Assembly (NCBI GenBank): GCA_963706445.1
Contig: OY970160.1
Span: 480,001 to 544,000, forward strand
Direction of reading: 5' to 3'
Length of the DNA stretch: 64,000 nt
DNA from: an uncultured Nitrososphaerales archaeon
GTDB lineage: Archaea > Thermoproteota > Nitrososphaeria > Nitrososphaerales > Gagatemarchaeaceae
How positions within the stretch are numbered: position 1 is the first letter of the stretch; each line of letters starts with the position of its first letter. This document shows positions 38,703-47,227 of the stretch, piece by piece. The translations under genes were made by a program, and so were the position numbers. The notes beneath the pieces were generated by a model. The model had not been told where the DNA came from, ran no database searches, and worked only from the letters and a program-made list of their open reading frames with translations.

Positions 38703-40496
38703 ATGAAGAGTGTCGGCATTGCCATAGCGGCCTCGCTCATCTTAGTTTTCCTCTTGCCGGCTGCGAACACCGCAGTCGCTGCGACCGCCCCTTCCATCAC
38801 CGTATTGCCTCCCAGGGCAGTAGTTGGCAGCAGCCTTTCGGTCAATGGACAAGGATATCCGCCCAACACTAATCTAACTCTGGAGTGGGGTACAACTGAC
38901 GCCAGCTGGATTGTAACCGGGAACCCTCCCAGGGTCACTGGAGTCAACGCGACGCCGATTGAGACCACACTCGGGCACGTAGAGACTGACTCTGCCGGCT
39001 CCTTCTCGTTTGATATGACCGTCCCCAGTGATTACCAAGGCCAACATGTCATCCAGGCTCTTTTTGCCAACGGTACCGTTGTCTCCGCAAGAGGCCTTTT
39101 CATTGTGGAACCGTCCTTCAGCATTTCGCCTTCTGGCGGGCCTGATGGCACTCCAATCACCGTAACCGCGACCGGACTGGGGTACGGGCTCTATGGGACG
39201 TACTTCTTCCTATACTGGGATAACGTCCAGGTCGGCTATTTCAGCGCCCTCACGTCACACGGGTCGACAAGTTTCACATTCTACGCATCAGGGACGCCCG
39301 GAACTCACTACATCGAAATCTATGAAGGGTACCCCGGACCGGGCTACCTGAACCCTTGGAATTCCGCGCCCGGCGTCAGCACGGGGTCTCTCTTCCCTCC
39401 ATACATACCATTCCATGCAGAGTTCAACATGACAGGTAGCCAGTCTTCGACATCAACGTCATTCACAATCCCTGCAGTGGTGGTCCTCGCAGCAGCTCTG
39501 ACTTCCATTGGGCTGTTCCTTTCCGTCGCCAAGACCGAACCCGAGAAACGAGGAAAGCTCGCGAGGATGTTGGCTGCCGTCGTGATCATCATCGCGATTG
39601 TCGCCGCAGGTGCGGGGGCATACCTGGCCCTCGCTCCCTCCTCCAATGGCGCCACGTCCGGTTTCACCCCTAAGGCCACGGTCGTCAGACCCGCAATTAC
39701 GGTGCCCCAGAGCACGGCGACGACGGGGCCAAGGATTTCAGTCTCCCCAGACATAGCCAGCGTCGGCCAGAATATTACCGTGAACGGCGCGGGCTTCGAA
39801 CCAGGTTCACAGGTTCCGCTTTCGTTTTCCGACAGGGTAGGGGACAACATTCTGGGCTTCAAGTTGGTCAACTCGCCCTTGAAGAATGTGACCGCTGGCT
39901 CCGACGGGACGTTCTCCTTCACCATGGATACACCTGTGACCCTCGGAGGCATTCACTACATCTCGGCAGCCAACATGACCCGGAATTCTAACGGGACACT
40001 TTTCGTCCAAAGGACCGCCACCATCAACGCCACTGAGGGCCCCGCTGGGACCACCGTCGCTGTCGTGCTGCAAGGCGTCGGATGGACCTTCAACACGAAC
40101 ATCGCGGCCCTCGACTACGACAACTCGTACATAGGCTACGGCTGCGGGTTCTTCAGCAACGGCAACGTGACCTTCGATCTTACTGTCACGGGGGCCCCTG
40201 GCATACACACCATAGACGTCTACCCTTCAGTGTGGTGGGGCCCATCCACGCAGACAAACCAGTTGTCGATCGAGTACCGATATGCGCTGCTCACCCCACA
40301 AGACCACCCTGAATTGATGCCATCATTCCACTTCACCTTCCTGATTACCGCCTCCGGCCAGCAGTCACAGTCGAGCGGAGCCATCATGCCTTCAGCCTCC
40401 TTCCTGGGTTTGATGGGCGTGACCGTGTGTGGCGTGTTCTTCCCATGCTTCCCCGCTCCAGTCGGTCCGACCCGCGGCGAGGCTCGGAAAAGATAA
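38703..40496 (+). CDS. Surface protein with duplicated Ig/IPT-like modules separated by a TM hairpin
   Basis: Two homologous halves (V.G.G[YF].P...D.G.FSF...P....G.H.I; GP.GT...G.G....DN...GY...G.PG.H.I..Y). Confidence 0.8.
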   Translation: MKSVGIAIAASLILVFLLPAANTAVAATAPSITVLPPRAVVGSSLSVNGQGYPPNTNLTLEWGTTDASWIVTGNPPRVTGVNATPIETTLGHVETDSAGSFSFDMTVPSDYQGQHVIQALFANGTVVSARGLFIVEPSFSISPSGGPDGTPITVTATGLGYGLYGTYFFLYWDNVQVGYFSALTSHGSTSFTFYASGTPGTHYIEIYEGYPGPGYLNPWNSAPGVSTGSLFPPYIPFHAEFNMTGSQSSTSTSFTIPAVVVLAAALTSIGLFLSVAKTEPEKRGKLARMLAAVVIIIAIVAAGAGAYLALAPSSNGATSGFTPKATVVRPAITVPQSTATTGPRISVSPDIASVGQNITVNGAGFEPGSQVPLSFSDRVGDNILGFKLVNSPLKNVTAGSDGTFSFTMDTPVTLGGIHYISAANMTRNSNGTLFVQRTATINATEGPAGTTVAVVLQGVGWTFNTNIAALDYDNSYIGYGCGFFSNGNVTFDLTVTGAPGIHTIDVYPSVWWGPSTQTNQLSIEYRYALLTPQDHPELMPSFHFTFLITASGQQSQSSGAIMPSASFLGLMGVTVCGVFFPCFPAPVGPTRGEARKR

Positions 40497-41278
40497 TGCC
40501 CCCGAACCCGGATGACAAGCCCGAAGGGTCGGAGCACGGTCCCGCATCCAGCGCGGACGACGGAAAAACTGCTGCGAAGGACAGCGCCTCGCGCAGACGC
40601 TTCATGAAGCTCTCCTTGGCCGCAGGGTTGGTGCTAGCAATAGCAGGAGTCGCCTCCGTCGCCCAGTCGCTCTTCAGCCCGATTTCTCCAGAACCCGGTC
40701 CCCCTCCGCCAAGTACCGAGACCGTCACGTCGACGGTCACCGTGGGGGCGACAGGATCCGCTAGCACAACGAACACGTCAACCTCGTCGACTTCCACGGC
40801 CGCGTCTCCCTTCCCCCGGGTGAAGGTTGCCAACGCGAGTGACCTCGCAGGGGGCCAGACTGTCACCTTCAACTATCCGTTGGACAACACGCCGAACCTC
40901 GTGGCGAAGCTGGGGCAAAAGGCCGCGGGGGGCGTCGGCCCGGACGGTGACATCGTCGCCTTCAGCCAAGTGTGTCAGCACCTAGGTTGCATTTGGGGGT
41001 ACGTCCCCACCAGCGGCTCGCCGAAGTGCGACAGTAGTTACAAGGCGGCGAGTCCGGTCGGCTTCTGCTGCTGCCACGGGAGCGTCTACGACCTGACAGC
41101 CGCCGCCGCAGTCATCGATGGCCCTTCTCCGAGGCCACAACCGCAAGTAATCCTAGAGTATGACAGTTCGACCGGGGACATTTATGCGACGGGGATGGGT
41201 CCGCCCACCATATTCGGCCACAACACGGGGAGCGAAAATGTTCTGGACGACCTGCAGGGCGGCAACGTGGTAAGCTAG
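40496..41278 (+). CDS. Tat-exported Rieske 2Fe-2S protein (SoxL/SoxF-type)
   Basis: SRRRFMK Tat motif, GVGPDGDIVAFS, CQHLGC, CCCHGSVYD and GPSPRP; TAATG overlap with the upstream gene. Confidence 0.93.
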   Translation: MPPNPDDKPEGSEHGPASSADDGKTAAKDSASRRRFMKLSLAAGLVLAIAGVASVAQSLFSPISPEPGPPPPSTETVTSTVTVGATGSASTTNTSTSSTSTAASPFPRVKVANASDLAGGQTVTFNYPLDNTPNLVAKLGQKAAGGVGPDGDIVAFSQVCQHLGCIWGYVPTSGSPKCDSSYKAASPVGFCCCHGSVYDLTAAAAVIDGPSPRPQPQVILEYDSSTGDIYATGMGPPTIFGHNTGSENVLDDLQGGNVVS

Positions 41279-41281
41279 AAG

Positions 41282-42844
41282 ATGTCCGACAACGCAGCTG
41301 AGGGCAACATGGATGAAGGAGAAACAAGGCATGATGGAAGCGGCTTCGTCGACAGGGTAATGGGGTGGTTCGACTCCAGGCTGGGGCTATCGCACCAGAT
41401 GCTGCGGCCCGCGCCCCAGTACTCCATCAACCCATTCTACTGGCTGGGGGCCCTCGCGACAGTTGCTTTCGTCATCCAGGGAGTCACAGGGGGGATAATG
41501 ATGCTGTACTATGTACCAAACCCGACCCAGGCCTATGCGACCACCCAGTATATCTTCCAAGTCGTGAGCTACGGCACATTCCTCGAAACTATCCACCTCT
41601 ACACTGCCTACGCCATGATTATGCTCGCGTTCATGCACCTGATGCGAGGCTACTTCGTTTCCGTCCACAAGAGGCCCCGGGAGCTGATGTGGGTCACGGG
41701 GATGGTGATGGGTTTCGTCACCCTGGGCTTCGGGTTCACCGGCTACCTCCTCCCATGGACCATCGTGTCGAAGTCTGCGACTGACGTGGGTATAGGAATG
41801 ATGGGCGCACTCCCTCAGCCGTTGGCGAACTGGCTGACCTTCTTGGTTGTGGGGTCGGGGAGCGACGCGGGAGAACTCCTCAGGTTCTACGACCTGCATG
41901 TCGTCGTACTCCCTGCGGTCCTTCTTGTGCTCTTGGTGGTGAAGATGTACATGCTCGAGGCCCATGGTGTCTCAGAACCGACCACGGGGATGGATTCGCT
42001 CCCGCCGAAAAAGAAGAAGCTCATCCCGATCTTCCCCGACGTTTCGTTCTACCTGGTGGAGCTTGCTGCCCTCTTCGGGTCGGCGGTAATCATCGTCTCT
42101 GTGATCTTCCCTCTCTCCCTCCCGCCTGAATATTCGGCATCTTTGGCGGGGCAGTACGTTGCTCAGCCCGACTGGTACTTCCTTTGGGTGTACCAGATCC
42201 TGAAGATTTCAGCGTTCGAAGAAGCGGGACTGGCAGTCGCCCTATCGGTCGTGACTCTCATCTTCATCGTACTGGTGCTCCTGCCATTCATTGACAGGGG
42301 GAAGATCAGGAACATCCGAGAAAGGATGGTGTACATGACCCTCGGCGCGATATTTGTGGCCGAGGTCGCGGTCCTTGCCGTTTGGGGATACCTGACCCCC
42401 GGGCAGGTAATACCTGATGAAACGGCTGTGCTTGTTCTTGGGGGGACCGCGCTCCTTGTCACCCTAGGGTCGGTCGTGGCCTACAAGGCGGTGTTCGGAG
42501 GGCTGAACGTATACTTGAAGGGCCGGGCGAAGAGCACGGCAACTGCCGCGGAGGCGCCGTCCCTGGTGGCGCCAAGAAAAGTATCATCGCGATCAGCGGC
42601 AGTCTGGACCTCAGTGCTCTTCGTCTGCTTCCTGGTTGCTGGTGCCTTCTTTATCGGACTTTCGGTAAACGGAGTGATTGCCCTAAGGCTTGGGGCCACT
42701 GGCGCCATCCAGTCTCTCGCTGTCTCGCTCGCGGGGTTATCGCTCATCGTCGTCGGCACTATGTTCTTTCTCTACAGGCTAGACCTGGGGACTGGCTCAA
42801 TAAAGAGAAGGATACGAGCCTTCGAGCTCGGGTGGCGGGAATGA
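41282..42844 (+). CDS. Cytochrome b of a Rieske/cyt b complex (SoxN/SoxC-like) with extra C-terminal helices
   Basis: Helix B H..H pair, PRELMW.TG, GFTGYLLPW, RFYDLH and PDWY Qo motif. Confidence 0.93.
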   Translation: MSDNAAEGNMDEGETRHDGSGFVDRVMGWFDSRLGLSHQMLRPAPQYSINPFYWLGALATVAFVIQGVTGGIMMLYYVPNPTQAYATTQYIFQVVSYGTFLETIHLYTAYAMIMLAFMHLMRGYFVSVHKRPRELMWVTGMVMGFVTLGFGFTGYLLPWTIVSKSATDVGIGMMGALPQPLANWLTFLVVGSGSDAGELLRFYDLHVVVLPAVLLVLLVVKMYMLEAHGVSEPTTGMDSLPPKKKKLIPIFPDVSFYLVELAALFGSAVIIVSVIFPLSLPPEYSASLAGQYVAQPDWYFLWVYQILKISAFEEAGLAVALSVVTLIFIVLVLLPFIDRGKIRNIRERMVYMTLGAIFVAEVAVLAVWGYLTPGQVIPDETAVLVLGGTALLVTLGSVVAYKAVFGGLNVYLKGRAKSTATAAEAPSLVAPRKVSSRSAAVWTSVLFVCFLVAGAFFIGLSVNGVIALRLGATGAIQSLAVSLAGLSLIVVGTMFFLYRLDLGTGSIKRRIRAFELGWRE

Positions 42845-43152
42845 TCGCCGACCAGTCCGTCTCAGGCGAGAATAACGCAGTTACCGAAGGGATGGGCCTC
42901 AGGATAGCCGCTCTCTTGGTGATTGTCGCTGCCCTTTCTGTTTTCGTACTTTGGTCAGTGAACCCGGTGGGTTCAGGAAGTGAGGCGACCTACGCCCTGT
43001 ATCTGGCTGTGGACCTGGTCGCCGTGGCGATGATCTCCTACGTCCAGAGAGCGATTGCCCGCGGGGGACGAATGGCAAGGGTGCCCCTGGTGGCCGGGTG
43101 CATATTCATTGTCGTCCTCGTGGTCGCCGGTCTTTACCTCCAGAGCGCATAG
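42841..43152 (+). CDS. Small three-TM membrane protein, last gene of the Rieske/cyt b operon
   Basis: ATGA overlap with cyt b; hydrophobic. Confidence 0.7.
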   Translation: MIADQSVSGENNAVTEGMGLRIAALLVIVAALSVFVLWSVNPVGSGSEATYALYLAVDLVAVAMISYVQRAIARGGRMARVPLVAGCIFIVVLVVAGLYLQSA

Positions 43153-43201
43153 CGAAACAAGTAGATTGCTAGCCGCTCGGACTGATTGAAGGAGCTTCTG
43201 A

Positions 43202-43723
43202 TCACTTTTCGGCCGTGTACCCACCTACGGCGCCGAAGATTCCGCCGGCGATTCCCAGGACCGCCGCCCCGAAGGGTCCAAAGAACGCGCCGATGACTAC
43301 GCCCAGGACGGTCCCCACTGCGAACTCTCTCATCTCTCTGCGGGCCCAGTTCTGGACAACGACGACCCCCGTAAGGGCGTAATTCGTCAGATAGAGCCCG
43401 ACGTATGTGGGGGTTATCGCGTTGATCACGATCAGGTCGAGGTACCAAAGATATCCTGTGAAAATGTTCCCTATTGTCAGCAGGATTAGCAGCCACCTCG
43501 GCAGGCCTGTTCTACCCAAATGAGTAATCTTGAGCCCTACGACTAGGATGAGCGGAAACCAAACGATCCCGAAGGCCCAATAGGGGACCCCCATCAGCGC
43601 GGAATAGACGGTGAACTTCACCGCGAACCAGTTTGTGGTGAACGCGTTCTCCTGCCAAGCATGGTAGAAGGCCTCGGCCACGCCGACCACCGAGAGCAGT
43701 ATGAAGGTGAGGGACGCCCTCAT
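43202..43723 (-). CDS. VKOR-fold membrane protein lacking all cysteines
   Basis: YS.LMGVP...G..WF and YLWYL.L.VINA-ITPTY, where VKORs have CxxC; zero Cys residues. Confidence 0.6.
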   Translation of the reverse strand: MRASLTFILLSVVGVAEAFYHAWQENAFTTNWFAVKFTVYSALMGVPYWAFGIVWFPLILVVGLKITHLGRTGLPRWLLILLTIGNIFTGYLWYLDLIVINAITPTYVGLYLTNYALTGVVVVQNWARREMREFAVGTVLGVVIGAFFGPFGAAVLGIAGGIFGAVGGYTAEK

Positions 43724-43950
43724 GGCGCCTTCGAGGCGCCTACGGCTATTAAGGAACCCGGACGTTTGTCAATATTGAGAATCTGACGCCGCGCATTGCC
43801 ACCCGAAAGGAAGCCTTTCGTCCTTATCTGATGTTCTCAGTCTCGGCAAACGTCTTGGTCATTCATGAGACGGACGGTTCCTTGACATTCATCGGAGAGT
43901 GAAAGGACCTAGACAGGTTCCGGAAAGAAAGATTCTACAGCCTTAAATTT

Positions 43951-43971
43951 AGAGGTTCAAACTGAACCTCT
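43951..43971. promoter_or_regulatory. Perfect palindromic operator
   Basis: AGAGGTTCA-aac-TGAACCTCT between the TTAAATT box and the SRPBCC start. Confidence 0.6.
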
Positions 43972-43984
43972 CAGCTACCGCACA

Positions 43985-44425
43985 ATGAAGGTCGAGGCTA
44001 GTTCAACGATCCATCGTCCTGCCAGTGATGTCTGGAACCTGTTGGCAGACACCTCTACATGGCCCAAGTGGGCCCCCGTGTATCTAGAAATACGGCAGAC
44101 CTCCTCAGGGCCCATCGGTGTTGGCGCGACATTCCAATCAAAACACCCGAGCAACAGAATGCTGAACGAAAAGCTCGTAGATTACGACCGCAATCGGAAG
44201 TTCGCCTTCGAATTTACCTCTGGCCCCATTAGGGGTTCGAAGGAAACCTACACCATTGAAGAGACCACCGACGAAGGGAATGCTTCGACTAAACTAAGCC
44301 GAGAGTTCGACCTGAGGTTCGGTGGGATATTCAAATTGCTCGGACCGCTGCTTGTCGCCCCCGGTTTCAGAGAGGAAAAACGGGTCGAAGTTGATAACAT
44401 CAAGCGATTGTTGGAAACGACGTAA
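43985..44425 (+). CDS. SRPBCC/START (polyketide cyclase-like) protein
   Basis: S.TI.RP...VW..LAD...WP.W and GPIGVGATF motifs. Confidence 0.85.
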   Translation: MKVEASSTIHRPASDVWNLLADTSTWPKWAPVYLEIRQTSSGPIGVGATFQSKHPSNRMLNEKLVDYDRNRKFAFEFTSGPIRGSKETYTIEETTDEGNASTKLSREFDLRFGGIFKLLGPLLVAPGFREEKRVEVDNIKRLLETT

Positions 44426-44509
44426 TCAAGACCGCGTCATAACTCGCTGACTGCTCTCGAGTTATTTGTTTCGAGCCCGAATGTGGCAACTCCCTCCGAT
44501 TAGTCAATA

Positions 44510-44600
44510 CGGGCCCGGTGGGATTCGAACCCACGGTTTCTGAGCTCTCGCACTTCAGCTTCGGAGGCTGACGCCCTGATCCGTGCTGGGCTACGGGCCC
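44510..44600 (-). tRNA. tRNA-Arg(CCG) with a 15-nt BHB intron at 45/46 (44538-44552)
   Basis: GGGCCCG acceptor, TCAGC-CT-CCG-AA-GCTGA anticodon arm, GTGGG-TTCGAAT-CCCAC T arm. Confidence 0.92.
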
Positions 44601-44678
44601 GAGCATCCCCAACAGGCCGGGGATAAGAAGCGTTGGCTCTGAGAGCTTTTATCGTGTCTCAGGGAGGACGGCGCACCT

Positions 44679-46574
44679 TTGAAGTTCAGGGAGTTCGAGG
44701 AAGAGGTTGAGGAGATAGTAGCGGAGTCCTGCCGCGCCTCGGGCTTCAAGGACGCCCTGGTCGAAGTCAGCGTCCCTCCAAACGACTCCTACGGTGACCT
44801 TGCAAGCGCGGTCCCGATCAGGCTAGCCCTGCAGTCAGGCAAGAAACCCGGGGACCTTGCAATCTCGCTCGCATCAAAAGCGTTGGAGCTTTCAAAGAAG
44901 TCGAAGTACGTGGGCCCGGTCAGCCCCCATCTTGGCGGGTACCTTAACTTCACGATCAACAGGGCTCGGTTCATCGAGGACAGCGTCAACGGGATAAAGT
45001 CGGGGGACCTCGGGGCAGAGCGCAAGAGGGGTGAGCGGATTGCAATCGAGCACACGAACGTCAACCCCAACAAGGCTCTCCACATCGGGCACGCGCGCAA
45101 CCTAGTCCTGGGGGACTCCCTCGTCCGAGTGATGCGCTACCTCGGGCACGATGTTCAGGCCCTGAACTACATCGACGACTCAGGCGCCCAGGTGGCCGAC
45201 ATCATCGTCGGCTTCAAGTTCCTCGGGTTGCAAGAAGAACCTCCGACTGGGGTGAAGTACGACGTCTACTGCGGGGACAGCGTCTACACGAAGGTCAACA
45301 GAGAATATGCGGCCAACCCCTCGCTTAAGGAGAAGCAGTCGTTCGTCCTGAAGGAAATAGAGAGCGGCTCCGGTGAGATAGCAGAGTACACCCGAAAGAT
45401 TGTCCGAAGGATCCTCGGAGCGCAGCTCTCGACCTGCTGGAGGCTTGGCGCTTCCTATGACCTGCTGAACTGGGAATCCCAGATAGTCCATTCGAAGATG
45501 TGGGAACGTCTCTTCGAGAGTCTCAAGAAGACTGGCTACGTCAAGTACCAGGACCAGGGAGAGAACAAGGGGTGCTGGGTCATCCCCGACCCCGAGACCG
45601 GCGAGGAGAAGGTCGTGGTAAGGTCAGACGGGACGACGGTCTACGTAGCGAAGGACATACCATATGCGGCCTGGAAAATAGGGCTAGTCGACGACCCATT
45701 TGGGTACGAAGTGTTCGCGAAGGACCAGCCCGGGAGGATATTGTACTCGACGAACCTGACAGGGAAGAAATCTGACCTCCGCTTCGGCGCGGCCCAGATG
45801 GCGGTCTCCGTCATAGACACCAGGCAGAGCTACTTACAGCGCATTGTTGCCAAGGTCCTCGACAATCTGCACGACGGATCGTCCAAGCGCTACCTGCACA
45901 GGAGCTACGAGGTAGTGTCTCTTTCCAAGAAGACAGCCTCGTCCATAGGCTTCGAGATAGAAGGGGAGTTCGCGCAGATGTCGGGGAGGAAAGGGCTGTA
46001 CATCAACGTAGACACCATGCTCGGGAAGCTGAAGGAGAAAGCCAAGGTGGAGACGAGGAAGCGGAACCTGTCCGAATCAGACGAATGGGTCGATACAGTC
46101 GCGGAAGCCGTGTCTGTGGCTGCCATGAGATACGAGCTCCTCAAGCAAGACCCGGAGAAGATGATCATCTTCGACATAGAGGAGGCCCTGCAGTTCCAGG
46201 GGGACACGGGGCCGTACCTGCTCTACACCTATGCGAGAGCGAAGCGGATTCTAGACAAGACGGATGGAAAGCCGTCGATAACCCTGGCCAGCGCTGCGAA
46301 GCTGACGACCCGACAAGAGATCCAGCTTGCGAAGAAGATGTCAATGCTTGACATGAGCGCGACCACCGCAGGAGAGTACCTTTCCCCCAAGGAGATAGCC
46401 AGGTTCGCCCACGAGCTGGCGGTCCTATTCAACGACTTCTACGAGAGAGTCCCCGTGAACAAGGAGGGAGACAAGGAGCTCCGGGACGCAAGGCTGGCCC
46501 TCGTCGAGGCAGCGAGCACGGTGCTGGCCGAGTCCATGCGGCTGATGGGAATCCTAGTCAAAGACCGGATTTGA
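44679..46574 (+). CDS. argS: Arginyl-tRNA synthetase
   Basis: EHTNVNPNKALHIGH, RSDGT..Y and MSGRKG motifs; GDTGPYLLY in the DALR domain. Confidence 0.96.
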   Translation: MKFREFEEEVEEIVAESCRASGFKDALVEVSVPPNDSYGDLASAVPIRLALQSGKKPGDLAISLASKALELSKKSKYVGPVSPHLGGYLNFTINRARFIEDSVNGIKSGDLGAERKRGERIAIEHTNVNPNKALHIGHARNLVLGDSLVRVMRYLGHDVQALNYIDDSGAQVADIIVGFKFLGLQEEPPTGVKYDVYCGDSVYTKVNREYAANPSLKEKQSFVLKEIESGSGEIAEYTRKIVRRILGAQLSTCWRLGASYDLLNWESQIVHSKMWERLFESLKKTGYVKYQDQGENKGCWVIPDPETGEEKVVVRSDGTTVYVAKDIPYAAWKIGLVDDPFGYEVFAKDQPGRILYSTNLTGKKSDLRFGAAQMAVSVIDTRQSYLQRIVAKVLDNLHDGSSKRYLHRSYEVVSLSKKTASSIGFEIEGEFAQMSGRKGLYINVDTMLGKLKEKAKVETRKRNLSESDEWVDTVAEAVSVAAMRYELLKQDPEKMIIFDIEEALQFQGDTGPYLLYTYARAKRILDKTDGKPSITLASAAKLTTRQEIQLAKKMSMLDMSATTAGEYLSPKEIARFAHELAVLFNDFYERVPVNKEGDKELRDARLALVEAASTVLAESMRLMGILVKDRI

Positions 46575-47203
46575 GCCGCTCCTTCCGACTGGCCTCGTTT
46601 GACATGGATGGGACCGTCCTCGAGCACAACAGCAGCTGGGTTGCAATCCACAAGCACTTCGGGACCGAGCACAAGGGAGCGGCTTCTCTTAGGCTCTACA
46701 CCGAGGGCAAGATAGGCTACAGGGAGTTCATGCGGAGGGATATCTCGTCATGGCCGAAGGGGGTCACGAGAGACGAAATCGTCGAGATCCTGTCGAAGTA
46801 CAAGATAAGGAGCGAAGCGCCGGGAGTCTTTGAAGAGCTCCGGAGGCGGGGGATCAAGACCGCACTTGTTACCTCAGGCATCGATATCCTTGCAAAGGAG
46901 GTGGCCGAGGAGCTTGAAATCGACTACTGTCTGGCAAACGGGCTCAGGTTCGATAGGCGAGGGATCCTACTGCCCGCTGGAATAGGGAGGGTCGACCCGA
47001 CCCGTAAGGACGTCGCCTACAGGAAGCTGCTTTCAGGACTGGGTATCCCTCCAAAGAAGACCCTGGCAGTCGGGGACACCATCTATGACCTGGCCTTCCT
47101 GAAATCGGCAGGGCTCGGTTTCATGCTGGCCCACACGACCAGGGTAGACGACCCCGATATCATACACATCGAACGGCTAACGGATATCTTTGGTCATTTT
47201 TAG
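46571..47203 (+). CDS. HAD-IB phosphoserine phosphatase-like protein
   Basis: FDMDGT...SSW..IH, TSG and AVGD motifs. Confidence 0.85.
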   Translation: MSRSFRLASFDMDGTVLEHNSSWVAIHKHFGTEHKGAASLRLYTEGKIGYREFMRRDISSWPKGVTRDEIVEILSKYKIRSEAPGVFEELRRRGIKTALVTSGIDILAKEVAEELEIDYCLANGLRFDRRGILLPAGIGRVDPTRKDVAYRKLLSGLGIPPKKTLAVGDTIYDLAFLKSAGLGFMLAHTTRVDDPDIIHIERLTDIFGHF

Positions 47204-47227
47204 GAGAGAACTTTTTATCCTGATAGG

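Noticed and set aside
36500-44510. Respiratory cluster as an island integrated at tRNA-Arg
   Set aside because: No integrase and no duplicated tRNA 3' end found by eye
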